Positions 28,480-45,865 of a stretch of DNA of 64,000 bases are shown here, piece after piece (the first letter of the stretch is position 1; every line of letters begins with the position of its first letter). The notes under the pieces were generated by a model, which saw only the letters and a program-made list of their open reading frames with translations, was not told the origin of the DNA and did no database searches. Position numbers and translations under genes: made by a program. The DNA is from the human T2T-CHM13v2.0 reference genome, Homo sapiens. The stretch is taken from NCBI RefSeq assembly GCF_009914755.1, contig NC_060937.1; one strand, 5' to 3'.

Positions 28480-28999
28480 CTGAGAATGGAGAATCCTGTT
28501 GCTGATAGTTTGGGATTACAGTGGCTAATGACACCAAACCATTCAGCAACACAAACTCTGGTACATCACCGAGCTCCTCAGAGTCAAGGCAACACTTAGG
28601 ATGTGCAAGAAATGCAGAAGCAGCATCATGGGGCCATTTTTAAAGGGAGGTGATTATGAGCACATTGCAGTTCCTACTCAAGAAAAATAATATCTGAGTG
28701 GCCCATGAAGTGAAATTTTAAATGGAGTCCGATTTTCCATAAGGCAGAGAGTTAGAGACTAGTAAAATAATATAAGCAAGATAGTATCTTAAGACAGCAA
28801 TCCATGGCTATTTAGTCCTTTGTTTATCGTTTGTCCTTCTCTCAATTTCCAAGTTGACTCTGAGCTTATGACTTCATTCAGAGAGTGGGGCAAGATGGAA
28901 ATCTAGGATTACTTGACAAACATCTCTTTTCTTGGCTTGTATTTCTGAAAGTCTAAGCCCAAAAAGAAGAGAGGATTCATACATGAAGGAGAAGAAACA

Positions 29000-29290
29000 G
29001 CCAGATGCAGTGGCTCATGCCTGTGATCCTAGCACTTTGAGAAGCCAAGCTGGGAGGATTGCTGGAGACCAGGAGTTCGAGACCAGCTTGGGCAACATAG
29101 CGAGACCCTGTCTCTACAAAAACTTTTTTAAAAATATAGCCATGCATGTTAGCATGTGCCTGTAGTCTCAGCTTCTTGGGAGGCTGAAGTGGGAGGGTCA
29201 CTTGAGCCCAGGAGTTCAAGGTTGCAGTGAGACATGATTGCACCGCTAGACTCTAGCCTGGGCAACAAAGCAAGACTGTGTCTCCAAAAA
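29000..29290 (+). mobile_element. AluJ
   Basis: gggcaacatagcgagaccctgtctctacaaaaa and cttgagcccaggagttcaagg; TSD aggagaagaaaca on both sides. Confidence 0.95.
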
Positions 29291-29739
29291 GAGGAGAAGA
29301 AACATTTTGGAGAAGTAGAAGTGAATGCAGGGACCTCCCCAAGCCTGATGGATTTTCCTGGAGCTCAGGGAGATTGAGAGAGACATTGAAGGGTCCATAG
29401 AGCAGAGGGGTCTGGGGTCTGTTTATCAGCAACTTCTCCAGAAAGATGGCCTGACTTTGGAGGGTATGCTGCATGGCACATCTAGGAACTGGGAATCATG
29501 CAGCCAAGAGGGTGCAGAAGTAGCAGGGGGATCGTGCTCTCTGGAGCAATGTCTATGAGCTGATGACTGACAGCCAAGGTGTCCCCTGCCCTGAGTGCTA
29601 TGATGCTGCATTAGAACCCAGTGCCATGCAGAACCCCAAAAGAGAAAAGAAACATTAGAATACCTGGGATTAAGGAGTTAGAAATCAAGTTGCATGAAAT
29701 AAAAATTTTAAAATTATATTTCTTTCATTTCTAAGTTTT

Positions 29740-30830
29740 TCAATGAGTTTTATTCCCATCAATCAGTCCCTTCTCAGTCAGTCCTTGTTACCTCCCCGCC
29801 CCTGCAGAGTCAACCATTAATGTAATTTCTAATGCCATAAATTAGCTTTGACTTTTTCAGACTTTCCTATTAAATGGCATTGTGTTATCTGTTCTCCTTC
29901 ATGTCTGGCATCTTTTTCACAGGATGTCGTTAAGTTTATCCCATGTTGCTGCATGCATTAGAACATTGTGGTTCTCACTGCCAAGTAGAATTCCATTGTA
30001 TGAATATACATTAATTTGTTTGCCTGTTCTCCTGCTCATGATCACCTAGGTTCCATATTTAGCTTACTGTCTTTAGCTTACTGAATAAAATGGCTATGAA
30101 GATTCTTGTATATGTCTTTTATTAAGAAAACACAATTCTGAATAAGTCATACATTTGAAAAGAAACCATAATGAATTATGAAAAATGGAAAACTTGGAAT
30201 TTAATTACACCAAAGCATTACATATGGAAACTTGTGGGAATGCAATAAAAATGGTGCTCTAAAGGAAATTGGTAGCCTTATATGCTATCATTTATCATTT
30301 ATAGTCATAAAGGAAAGCTATAGGCTAAAAAATTAATGAATAAGGGACTCTACACCTGCCAAGAGGGAGTAACAAGCAACTTATCCTTTGGCTACACAAC
30401 TATAAAGCTGTACAAAACACATGAAACGACTATTTTTGGGCAGTGGACAATAGGCAGCACAAGGTTATGATACTGAGAGAAAAGAAACACTAAAGATGAG
30501 CTCAACATTCAGCCTAGCTTTTCATCTTGGGCACTTTCCAAATTGCACCACAAAGTGGATCCCAAATAGAAAGCAGTATTATGGCAGGGCAGAAGGGACA
30601 GATCTGAATTCAGTGCTGCTAAGGTAGCTGGAATTTCTGGGGCAGGCTATTAGTAGATGGGGGTTTGCACAGATAAAGAACCTCCAAAATTTGCATTGAA
30701 ATTCCATGAGATTTTGGATAAAGACTAAGTTAAGAACGCATGGGGCTGGTGGAGAACAGCTACTAGGGTGCTGTGAGAAGAGTGCAGATCTTGATGGTGG
30801 CAGAGTTGGGGGAGACATTGGAATTCGGAG
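29740..30830. mobile_element. Cluster of old L1M fragments (minus-strand 3' piece; plus-strand ORF2 and 5' pieces)
   Basis: Degenerate L1M motifs (aaacttgtgggaatgcaataaaa…; ctgtacaaaacacatgaaacgact…tggacaataggcagcac). Confidence 0.55.
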
Positions 30831-30914
30831 CTGGTTTTGTTTTTCAACCACCATTGTAATTTTATACAGGCAATGCTTGCTAGGATTTACCTAAATATTT
30901 ACCATGTGATAGTC

Positions 30915-34033
<3,119 letters not shown>

Positions 34034-34536
34034 GTCTATCATTCTTTTTTGCATCCCAGACTGTCCTTCTGGAATCATTTTCCTTTTTTTTGAAGGAAAT
34101 AATTTCAAAGTTCTTTTGAAGTAAGTATCTTGGTATCAGACTCTCCCATTTTCTAAATTTATAAATATTTTATCTTACTTTTATTCCTGAATAACAGCTA
34201 TACAGTACACTGGATTCTAAGTTGAATTATTTTTTCTCCACACTTGGTAATTATTCTTTCATTGTATTTTAACCTCCTTTTTTTTGTTGGGAAGTCTGTT
34301 CTCATTTTACCGTGATGGGTTCTTTCTCTATAATTGTTTTCAAGATCTTTTCTAAGCCTGTGATATTTTGCAGTTCCTCACCCATTTATCTAAGAATGGA
34401 CTTCTTTTCGTTATCCTGCTTTAGACACACTGTGTTTCCTAGGTCTTCCTGGATTCATGTGGTGTTTTTTAAACCTCAGTCATTATTATCAATTCTGCAT
34501 TGATAATGCAGAATTCTCAGTCATTATCATTTAAAC

Positions 34537-34856
34537 CAGAAGTAACTCCTGGTGCTGGTCCACAGCCTGTTAGGAACTGGACCACACAGCAGGAGGTGAA
34601 TGGGCGAGCAAGCGTTACCATCTGAGCTCTGCCTCCTGTTGGATCAGCAGTGACATTAGATTTTCACAGAAGCATGAACCCTATTGTCAACTGTGCATGT
34701 GGGGGATCTAGGTTGCTCACTCCTTATGAGAATCTAATGCCTGATAATCTGAGGTAAAACAGTTTCATCCCAAAACCATTCCCTCCAACCCCCCTTCCGT
34801 GGAAAATTGTCTTCCATGAAACTGGTGCCTGGTGCCAAAAAGGTTGGAGACCACTG
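34537..34856 (+). mobile_element. MER1B hAT-Charlie DNA transposon
   Basis: gcctgttaggaactgg…ggtgccaaaaaggttggagaccactg; 8-bp TSD atttaaac/gtttaaac. Confidence 0.93.
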
Positions 34857-35384
34857 GTTTAAACTACTTTCTCTCCAACATTTTGTTTGTTTTTTCCTCT
34901 GGAGACATCAGTCATTCCTATATTAGATTTTCTCATTCAATTCTCATCCCTTAACCTCTCTTTCACATTTTCTATCTTGTTGTCTCTCCTAAGTAAATGC
35001 TGGTTAAATTCTTCCCATAATCTGCTGTTAAACAGATTCATGTATTTTTACATCAAGAGTTATATTTAGTAAATCTATTAGTTCCCAGTATTTTCTTATT
35101 ATAATCTTTATATCTTTAAACAACTCATAGTAACTATTCTGCATTCTTTTCTGATTACTCTAATATCCATAGATTTGGGAACGCTGAATTGATTGTTTAT
35201 TGGCTCTTCAATTTTCACTCATAGTTTGTCTTCTCATGCTTAATTTTAGTCCTTTTGGCCTAGGTGGAGAAACATTGCTCACATGGGAATCTGTTTCCTA
35301 CTCAGAAGGTAGCTCCTGCCCTTGGCACTGTTCCAGTTGTGTTGGGAAGAGACATGGTAATTCTTTTCCCAGGTTCTGCATTGA

Positions 35385-37070
35385 CAATCATTCTGCTAAT
35401 ATTCATTAGCTACATTTTGTGCCTGATACAGTTCTAGGTGCTTGAGATGTAACATAAGAAAAAGTACTACAGGTCAGATGTTAAAAAGTGCTTTGGAAAA
35501 ATTTAAAGCAGAATAAGAGAATAGGAAGTGTGTAGGCTGCTTGGGGCGATGTTTTGCAATTTTGAATAGCATGGCTGGGAAAGCCTTCACTGAGAAAATG
35601 GAAGTTGAGCAAAGGCCTGAATAAGATGAGGGACCCAGGCATATGGATAACAGAGGGATGGGCATTCCAGATGGGAGTAGCAGCAGATACCAAGGCCCTG
35701 AAGTAGAAGCATGCCTTCTGTGTTGGAAGAACTACAAAGAGATCAATGTAGCTGAAGGGAAGGAGTATGGGACCTAGTAGTAAGAGATGAGGTTAGAGAG
35801 GAAAAAGTATCGAATCTTTAGGGTTTGGTAGGCCTTGTAAACTTTTAGCCTTTTACTTTGCATAAGAGGGATAGGCATTGAAAGTTTTGAGCTAGGCAGT
35901 GACATGATCTGACTTGGGATCTAAGAATTGCTTTGTGTTTTGTGTTAAGAATAAATTGTAGGCAGGGCAAATGGGCAAATCAGGCAGATCAGTTGGAAGG
36001 CTATTGCAATAATTCATGAGAGAGGATGGTGGCTTTGACCAGTGTGATAGCGGTGCAACTCACTGGAAACAATCAGATTCTGGATAGAGTTTGCTGATGA
36101 AGCCAACAGATTTGCTAATGAATTGGATGTGGGATTGGAGGGAAAAAGAGGATCCAAAGATGGCTCTGGGGTCTGAGCAATTGACAGGATGCAGTTAACA
36201 TTTCCAGAAAAGGCAAAGTCTGCCAGAGGAGCAGATAGTTGTTGCTGGGGAGGAAGAGGAGCAATAAGTTTTGAATATAAGTTTGAGATACTTATTAGAT
36301 ATCCAGTGGAGATGTTAAGTAATTAGTCAGATATATGAATCTGAAGTTCAAGGAGAGGTTTGGTCTGGATATATGAATTGGGGTCTTCAGCATATTATAG
36401 TATTTAAACCTAGGTGGAATTATCTTGTGGCTGAATGAAGCAAGGGGAAAAACAAAGAGATGAAAGGACCAGACTTGTGGACACTCCAACTTTAAGAAGA
36501 TGGGAAGATGAGCAGGACCGGGTAAAAGAGACAAAGACTGAGCAGCTGTAATAGGAAAGAAAGAGAAAAACCATTAGGAGCATGGGAAACAAGTAGTTCA
36601 ACCAGAAGAGAGTAATTGGCAGCATCAAACTTGGCTGGGAGGTCAAGTATGATGAGAACTGAAATTCAACCTGATAGAAATGGGTTCAAGAGGAAGTTGG
36701 AGAAAAACTAGACAATGAATTCGGATTATTTATAAAACTTGCAATACGTTAAAGGGGACAAGAGAAATGAAGACTACTGTGACACGTGGGGTTAAGAAAG
36801 AATTGTACTTTTTAAGTAGGTGAAATAATAGCATGTTTTATACTCATGAGAATGATCCGGTAGAGAAGAAAGACAGATGAGAAAGAAGTTTCTGAAGTGA
36901 TGTCATTGAATAGGAAAGAGAAGATTGGCTCTCATGCACAGGGAGGAGCCATAGCTAGGAACATGAACAGTTAATTCCTAGTAACGGGAGGAAGAGCAGG
37001 CCATATAGGCACAGCTATTGGATATGTGGTGATGGAAACTTATGACATTTTCCTCTGATTGCTAAGAGTA
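35385..37070 (-). mobile_element. L2a LINE remnant
   Basis: ttcatt…gtgcctgatacagttctaggtgct start; gagaggatggtggctttgacc; atatccagtggagatgtt. Confidence 0.85.
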
Positions 37071-38113
37071 AAAGCAACCTCAGAAAAAGGACCCATTCTC
37101 GTTTCTGCAATTTTAAAGAGTATTAATTCTATAAAAACTCATTGGCCAGATCAAGAGGGAATCTCCCGGCCTGGTTCTGTTAATACCGGGAACTCTCAAA
37201 TGTGATGTAGCTACGTCTGCTGACTGGGAGAAGGTACTGTGAGATAACACAGGGACAGTGGGGAGCAGCTCAATTAGCTGGGGCCAGCTGTGATAGAAGA
37301 TATTGAATGGGTTCTGTGCTTTCAGAATGAAAGATCAGAGGGAACTGAAGTAGTGCTGGCCAATACTTATTGTGGTCCTTGACATACTGGGAAGCATTAT
37401 TGTACTTATTTTCTGCATTATTTAAAGACTATTCAAGATTAATAAGCTGGTTATGAATGGTATTTCTTCTTTTTAATAAAACTTTAATCTGCTACATTTT
37501 CATCAGCAGGTTTGCAAAAATGTATTATAAGATCAGGATATGCTAAGGTATAATTTTTTCACTTCTCTGAATTTGGTTTGATCTAAAAGCAGCACTATAT
37601 TCAAAAAAGGTAATTTAGGATATTCAGAGTGTCATGACATCTCCAATATAAATGGGACATAGGATTACAATCTAATGTGAAAATAAGTACAGATCACTTT
37701 CATTGGCATTAATGATTTTTAAAAATTCTAATTTATAATTTTCCTAATAAAATATTTAATTTAATTTTATGTTTTTAGGAGATAATTCCAATAGGATTAA
37801 GTTATTTCTACCCTTGTTTCTTCTTGTCTCATTCATTTTACTATTTCTTATACCCATCACAGGGTCTGTACATTGCAGGCATTCAATACTTTTTTTTTTA
37901 AATGAATGAGGCCAGTTCAGGTTCTAAACTTTTGAGTTTCTTCTCCATATTTCTTTTTGCTTTATTACTGCAATAAATTATTTCTTAAATTCTGTTTAAT
38001 CAGAAGATTTTAAGATTAACAATATAGAACCAAAGTCTGATTTTACTAGTAGAAAATTATTGAAAGTCTACATCAATTTGCATGATCCATTTGATGCACA
38101 GATTGAAACTTAA

Positions 38114-38885
<772 letters not shown>

Positions 38886-39174
38886 TAGTACTGTAAGAAG
38901 AATATCTAGATCAGGAGAACATGCTGCCCATGGCTAGTTTCACATTTCTTTTGGGGTTTACTCATTTTAGTTTCCAATACTTATGTGTCTCTGGGGCTCA
39001 GGTGTACATTTTCTTCCTTTAATTCTCTACCCACTCTGATGTAGCCTTGAAAAAAACCCTTTCCCTGATTTGCCATAGTGCAGTGGACAAGAGTGTCATT
39101 TTCAAAAGGCATTTAATACATAACAGAAAATTTAAAGAAGAAAATCACCGAATACTTGATGCATAAATCAGGGG

Positions 39175-40790
39175 TAGCTTCTAAGTTTATGTCTCTTATT
39201 CTGTAGTACTAGATTGCTGGGTCTAACTTTTGGAATGTCAGGGTAAGGACCTCTGAAAATGTGACCCTCCATAAAAGCTGTGAGAAAACTGACAACAATG
39301 TCAAAATTAACTTTTTCAGAACTCTGAAAATTAACCAAAGACTTGCAAAAATCTCAGGAGCTTGTATTCAGATAAACACCTGAATCTTGGTAAGAGTAGT
39401 GACCTTTATGGTTTTTCACTTGCCCTATTCCCATCAACCTCTTCCTAGATTTGGAGTAGCCTTGAAAACCAACAGCCTTGTGGATATGGTAGTGGTGAAA
39501 ACCGTTAGCCTAGCAGCCATGGAAGGGCCAAGAATTAATGGGTTTGGAGCTCCCGCAAAGCCCAATCTCCAGAGAATTGTCACTATTTGACCTGTGTCAC
39601 AGCTCCCCTAAAAGCTATTCACTGTCTTTATTTGATCTGACTCAGACTATTTCTATGCAACAGTTTAATCTCTAGAGCATTGTCAATAACAATCAGCAGC
39701 AATTTTTTAACATCACAGCTGCCTGAAGGGAAAATACTGCTTGAGGGTAACAAAAGGCTGACCAAAGACTTAAAAGAAAAAATTGGGAATGACATGTCCC
39801 CGGTGAACTTTAAAAAGCTCTAAAATATATCTGGGGATCTAGAAAAAACAAATGTATATTCAGGGCTGTGAATATTCCCAGGAATTATCTGAAAAGGTTC
39901 TACTCAGCTGACCTCGCTCTCCTGAACTTGAGGCTTTGTGCAAGCAATAAGTGATGGCTAAGGCAGCATAGCAAGCATTCTGCTGGAGTGTTGATTAGAT
40001 TCCCCAACACATATAAACAGCCCCTGAGCAAAAGCTGAGAGACTACTGGATCAATGCATCTCCATCCAATTATTAACTGATCACCAGGTTAACTGACCAG
40101 AAACCTCAGGGGCCACACACGACAGAATGAAAACTTTAAAGAATTAGTTCAGGAAAATCACAAAACAAGCAAACAGCATCAGCAACAATCAAAAACGCTG
40201 GGAGGAGGGAAATCTGATTTCCCAAGTTGCCACATTATACTACTTTTAAACATCCAGTTTTCAACAAAAAAACTATGCAATATATGCAAAGAAATGTAGG
40301 AAACTAATGCATGTACACAGGGAAAAGGGCTGTGAATAAAAACTGTCCCTGGAAAAGCCCAGATGTTAGACATACTAGAAAAAGACTTTAAACCAGCTGC
40401 TATATCTACAGAACTAAAGGAAACCATGCTCAATGAGAACAATGCTTACCGAGTGGAGAATATCAATACAGATAGAAATTTTTAAACAGAACAAATAGAA
40501 ATTTGGGAGTTGAAAACACAATAACTGAAATAAAAATTTCACTAGATGGTCTCAAGAGCAGAATGAAATGGCAGAAGAAAATACTAGAGATCTCAAAGAT
40601 GAAAGAAATCAGAGAGCTTGAAGATAAATCAATTGAGAATATTCAGTCTGAGGAACGGAAAGAAAAATAAAGAAAAATGAACAGAGCCTCAAAGGTCTGT
40701 GGAATAATCATAAAGCATACCAGATGCATCATAGGAATCTCAGAAAAAGAGGAAAGAGAGAACATATATTTGAAGAAATAGTGGTTGAAT
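39175..40790 (+). mobile_element. Old L1M 5'UTR/ORF1 region
   Basis: aaaattaactttttcagaactctgaaaattaaccaaag…; ORF1-like gaagataaatcaattgagaatattcagtctgagg. Confidence 0.85.
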
Positions 40791-41145
40791 GCTAGGTTAA
40801 CTCCAGGTTCTAACTTATTTCTCATTTTGTCTTTTGGAAATTTATATTCTTGCCCTAAAGGACAGTAGCTTACCTGATTCCTATCTTTTGGCTTCCAGCC
40901 TTCCTCACCAGCCAAAATCAAAGAAAAGCAAAACAAAAAAAGCTCGCAGACATTATGAACGCTTTACTGTAGTTAAAATATAGCAGCCTTTGAAGTATGT
41001 TCTAAATGTGAATTCTAGTACTATCATTAACTAACTAGGTGATCTAGGGAATTATTTGTCTTCTCTAAGCCCCAGTGTCCTTGATTATTAAAATGCAGAT
41101 AATTATATCATCTTCATAAGATTATTGTGAGGTTCAAATTGAGTA

Positions 41146-41153
41146 CACACATA

Positions 41154-41192
<39 letters not shown>
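41146..41192. repeat. (CA)n microsatellite
   Basis: Direct observation. Confidence 0.95.
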
Positions 41193-41194
<2 letters not shown>

Positions 41195-42237
41195 ATATAT
41201 CTGGACCTTAGTGGCCAATACTACTTTTATCCCTTGTCCCTTTCTTTTGGTTAGTTTCTCAACTCAAGAGAGTGGTTTCAAAAAAAATGTCAAATTTCTT
41301 TAGAGCAGAATTAAACTTTCCCAACTGAACTCTATATCTAAAAACCCATCCCTTACTGGGGTGGGAGTAGTGGGGAGAAAAATTGAGGCAATGCATCAGA
41401 AGATTCCACTAGGACTAGAAGAGAAGAGGAGATTCCTCACTGGAAGTTGCAAAGAGCACCAGGGCCAGGAGAAGATGTGGAACTGAGAATCAAGTGGAGG
41501 GCTAAGGTTAAAAAGCTCAAGAGAACAGCTTGAATGATAGGATACAATGGAAGGTACCCAGAGTAGAATGCCACCATGTTCATAAAACAAGGAGGAGTGG
41601 TTTGATAGTAAAAGGGAAGTGAATGGTAAATGTACTTATTAAAACACTTTGAATTATTTTTGTGTCTTTTTTCTTGTATCCTGATACTAATGCTTATTAA
41701 TTTATTTATTTCAAAAGTAATACATGTTCATGATAAGAAGTTAAATCAGTATCAAAGGATGTAAAAGCCTACACCTAACCTCATTTCCCATATCCACACT
41801 CCAGAGATAAATTTTATTTATAATCTATTGTATATTATATAAAAAATTAATAAGTCTATCTACATATATTAACTATATCTAACTCTCTTTCCCTCATTCT
41901 CTTTCCCTTTTCTCAAATAAAATCACTTTACATATATATATTTCTATACATCTATATATACCCTTCTATATAGTTATATACACCTATGCATATATATATC
42001 CTTCTATATAGTTCAGCTTTTTCCACTTAATAGCATTTTAAACACCATTCCACATAGATATACTTCATTCCTTTTAACTGCTGCATAACTTTTCAAATTA
42101 TAAATTAATAATTTGCTTAATTTGTCTTCAATTAATGATCATTGAGATTATTGCTAGATTTTTGCTGCCAGGAATATCTTCGCATATATCACTGTGTACT
42201 TCTGGGAGTAAATCTGAAGGATGCATTCTACAGGGAA

Positions 42238-42658
42238 TATGGCAGCCACAGCTGGCTACCTGCCCAGTGTCCACTTTCCCCTTCTTCTCTGCTGAGAAAA
42301 CCCCAATTTTGTTCTTGGTGTCATGCTTCCAATGCTCAGCTTCCTGGACTTTGCACTTGGAGTGCTAGGTAACAAAGCATCCAAGTGACAAAGTGATGAG
42401 ATGTAAGTGGATGTGACAGATTTTCCCTTCTGAGGGAGCTTGTTTTACATGACAGGCTCAGCTGGACATGACTCTTTTGCCCTTTGCCCTTTCTCCTTTA
42501 CCCTGGAATTTGCCTGGGAAAGGCAATAAAAGTCACACGCTTAGCACAAATGGATACCTTATTCCAAGTCCCTTCTTAAGACAAAAATAAAGCTCTATTT
42601 GGTTAAGTCTCTAATCGGGTTGTAGGTGCACACAACCAAGTGCAATCCTGACTGATAC
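42238..42658 (+). mobile_element. MLT1I/J-like LTR inserted in an L1ME remnant
   Basis: tatggcagcc…cccttcttctctgctgag…aaaataaagctctatttggttaag…ctgactgataca. Confidence 0.7.
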
Positions 42659-44061
42659 AAATGGAAATTCTGGGTCAAATGGTACATGGATTTAAAAGTT
42701 TTACAGATATGGCCAAAGTGTCCTCTAAAGGGTTGCCATGCTCCCTGACATCACATGTAGGACTTCTTGACTTAACCCACAGATGCACCTTTGCAGCTTT
42801 GTCAGTTTTATCAGCCTCTACTATTACTGGGTCTAGCTTTCTTTCTCTTCACCAATGTCCTCTTTGGCAGCTGGTCCAGCAAACCTTATGCTTGTGCATG
42901 CTAAAATTACACCAAAGGCAATTAATGACCACTGTGTTAACCAACACAGTCTGTCAATTAACAAATGCTTAAATGACATTTTTGTTTACTTTCTTGATCT
43001 CATTGGTAAAAGTGGTGGCTTTTTCCTTGGTATAAAATGGTGTTTAAAAATGAAACATACTTGTGAAAATACAAAAATTTTTCCATTTACTAATTATAAT
43101 CAAGGCAAGGGGCTGTGCATTTGTGTGATTTGGTTAAATAAACACAATTCTCAATTTTGCTGGTGTATTTCTCCAGTTCTATTAATGAAAATATCAGGGT
43201 AAACATTTTAGGCCCGGCCTGCTGAACTATAATGGCTGGGTTGATCGATGTCAGGAGAGAGCCTAGTTTTAAAACCATAGCCTTTGACCAGAAGAGCAAT
43301 CGTGTTTTGGTTTATAAGGCTGGGGTTGAAATCAAAATTTGAGGCAAATCAGGGCTTCTCAAACTTATAATGCATACAAATCACTTGAGTATATTGTTAA
43401 AATGCAGATTCTGATTCAGAAGAACTGCTTTGGGGGCAGAAATTCTACTTCCAAGTGATGCCACATCCACTAATAGGATCTTGAAATAACAGAGGCAAAG
43501 GAGCTGCTTCATCATCAGAAGCAAGCTGGGCACGATTATAATGAGTGGCAAGGTCAGAGTGGCAGCCAGGGAGCTTGACCTGCAGAGAGCTTTAGAGACT
43601 GTTAAAATAACACGGCATCTCTACGGGCAAAATAGATGGGTAGCCAACAACACATTTCTCCATCTTTTGGATGGTCAGGTAAAAACACGTTGCTCCTAAA
43701 GCCAAGACACACATAGAGCAAGCATCTTGGTTTAGTATCTGTATCCATCGAGGTCTAATCAGAAAAATAGAAATCATGATACGTCACACAAAGGGGATTT
43801 AACACAGGGAATTGGTTACAGAAATATTGGCAGGTTGAGAGGGCAAAACAAGCATGCTGAGGTCACTCAGAGATGAATAACTGTAGAAGGCAGTGCCATG
43901 TTATATTATAGCTCAGGGAGCTCAAAGGAAGAATTGGAGTCACCAGAATCTAGGAGCATTGAGATGAGGCTCTTACTTAGAAAAATGAGATCCTGGACTC
44001 TGAACCAATGCCATAATGGGGTGAGACTTTGAGGGTCTTCTGGGAAGAAGCTAAATAATTC

Positions 44062-44550
44062 GTGGCCAGAGGGCAGGCTATGGTTCACTAAAGACTCTCG
44101 ACACTCTTCTCATGGAAAAATGGGATCTATTTCCCCATCCTTAAAATCCAGGCTGGCCTGTGACTCCTTTGACCAGTGGAATATGGCAGAAGCAACAGCC
44201 ATTTGGGACCTAGTCTTTCAGAGAAGTAGCAGCTTCTGCCTTAGCCTCTTGGAGTCCTGACCTGCCGTTTTAAGTTCACCCACCCACGGGAGAGGTCCTG
44301 AGACTGGATGAGGAAGAAAAGGCTGAGCTCAGCCTTCCAGGGTCCCCGCCAAGGTGCCAGGTATGTGAAGAGGTCAGTTGGACCCTTCAGACCAGACTAG
44401 CCACTAGCTAAGTACCACAAAATGACCCACTGATGTCCCATGGATCAGAAGAATCTCCTGGACCAGCTTTGCCCAAAAGACCTACAAAATCAAGAGACAT
44501 AAAATAAAATGGTTATTGTTTCAGGCCACACATTTTGAGAGTAGCTTTTG
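44062..44550 (+). mobile_element. MLT1F/H-like LTR
   Basis: ggctggcctgtgactcctttgaccagtggaatatggcagaag…aaataaaatggttattgttt…caatagata. Confidence 0.75.
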
Positions 44551-45684
44551 TTGCCACAATAGATACCCCCAAATGATTTGCATAATGGTCTACTTTTGGC
44601 TAGTTTTTACTTCATGGCCAGCGCAGACACACAGGGGGAGAAATCCTGCCTCCTCTGGACTTCCTAAATCTCTCCCCAAGAAGAGAATGATTTAGTACCT
44701 TCAACAGTAACTTCTCTACTTTGCATCACTGAAACAGCATTAGGAAGACCATAGGTGGAATTCAATACTCTCACTCGACTTCTCTACACTCCTGGCCATA
44801 TTAATTTTATCCCAAAGCTAAAGTATTTAACTTGGCAATGTGATTGAAGACATGTTAGAGCAAAATAGCATTTTTCTTTTAAAAGACAACAATATACATT
44901 GTAAATAAAGAATAATTTACTCCAAAGAATGCTCTTTTAACTTGGCCATGTGGTCAAAGTCACTTTTATTATGGCTTGGAGTGATATGCAATTATTATAT
45001 TTAGACAGCATTTACTTTGGACAAGGGTGCCAAATTTGTACAGTTGCACACCATATGCTTTTCATTTTGCAATAATCAATTCCAAGATTTCCATTTTCCC
45101 TGCTTTTTCTAGGCAGTCTTTCTTAAATGACAGCATTTAAAAATTGCAGTAGCCATGTTTAGTGAATTATGAAGCTCTTTAGCTCTTGTTTTAAATATTG
45201 GCCTCCTGGTATTTCCTAAACCTTTAACTTTAGATATTATTATCAAGTTATATATTATGGCTTTTCCTTTTGGGTTTCATCATTATAGTTTTAGTTTTCA
45301 TCTATTATTAAAAGCATTAAATGTGAAGTTGTGGATGGATTCCTGGGCTTCTCCCATATATAGTAGATAATCCTTATTTATAATAAGTTTTGCTGGTGAT
45401 TCAGATGCAGGTGACCCATAACTAGCTTGAAAAAGAAGGAAGAGCCTCATTCCCATGCCTATACTCCAAGCAGGGATTTGACATAATGGTTCTGGTTTTG
45501 GGAGGGTAGGGTTGGGAGAGATGACAAGCTTAACAGGGCCCTGTCACCAGCCACAAAAGATAGACCCTGTACTTCCTTTAGACTCACATAGACAAATTAG
45601 GAAACTGCATTTAGTTTTGCCAGACAGCAAGATGTGATTTATAAAATTAGTACTGTTAACAACGATCTGAAAATGTCCTTAATG

Positions 45685-45865
45685 CAGCAGTTCTCAGCAC
45701 AAGTGGCACAGTAGATTTCACTAGCGGGGGCTGGGGAAGCTTTGAAAAGTTTTCATACTCTGGCTACATATGAGATCAACTAAATAAGAACCCCTAGTTG
45801 GGGGATATCTGTACTTCTGAAGCTCCCCTGGAGATTCTTATGAGGAGTCAAGATTGAGAACCACA
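45685..45865. mobile_element. MER5-type hAT remnant
   Basis: cagcagttctca…aagctcccctggagattct…gattgagaaccac. Confidence 0.6.
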
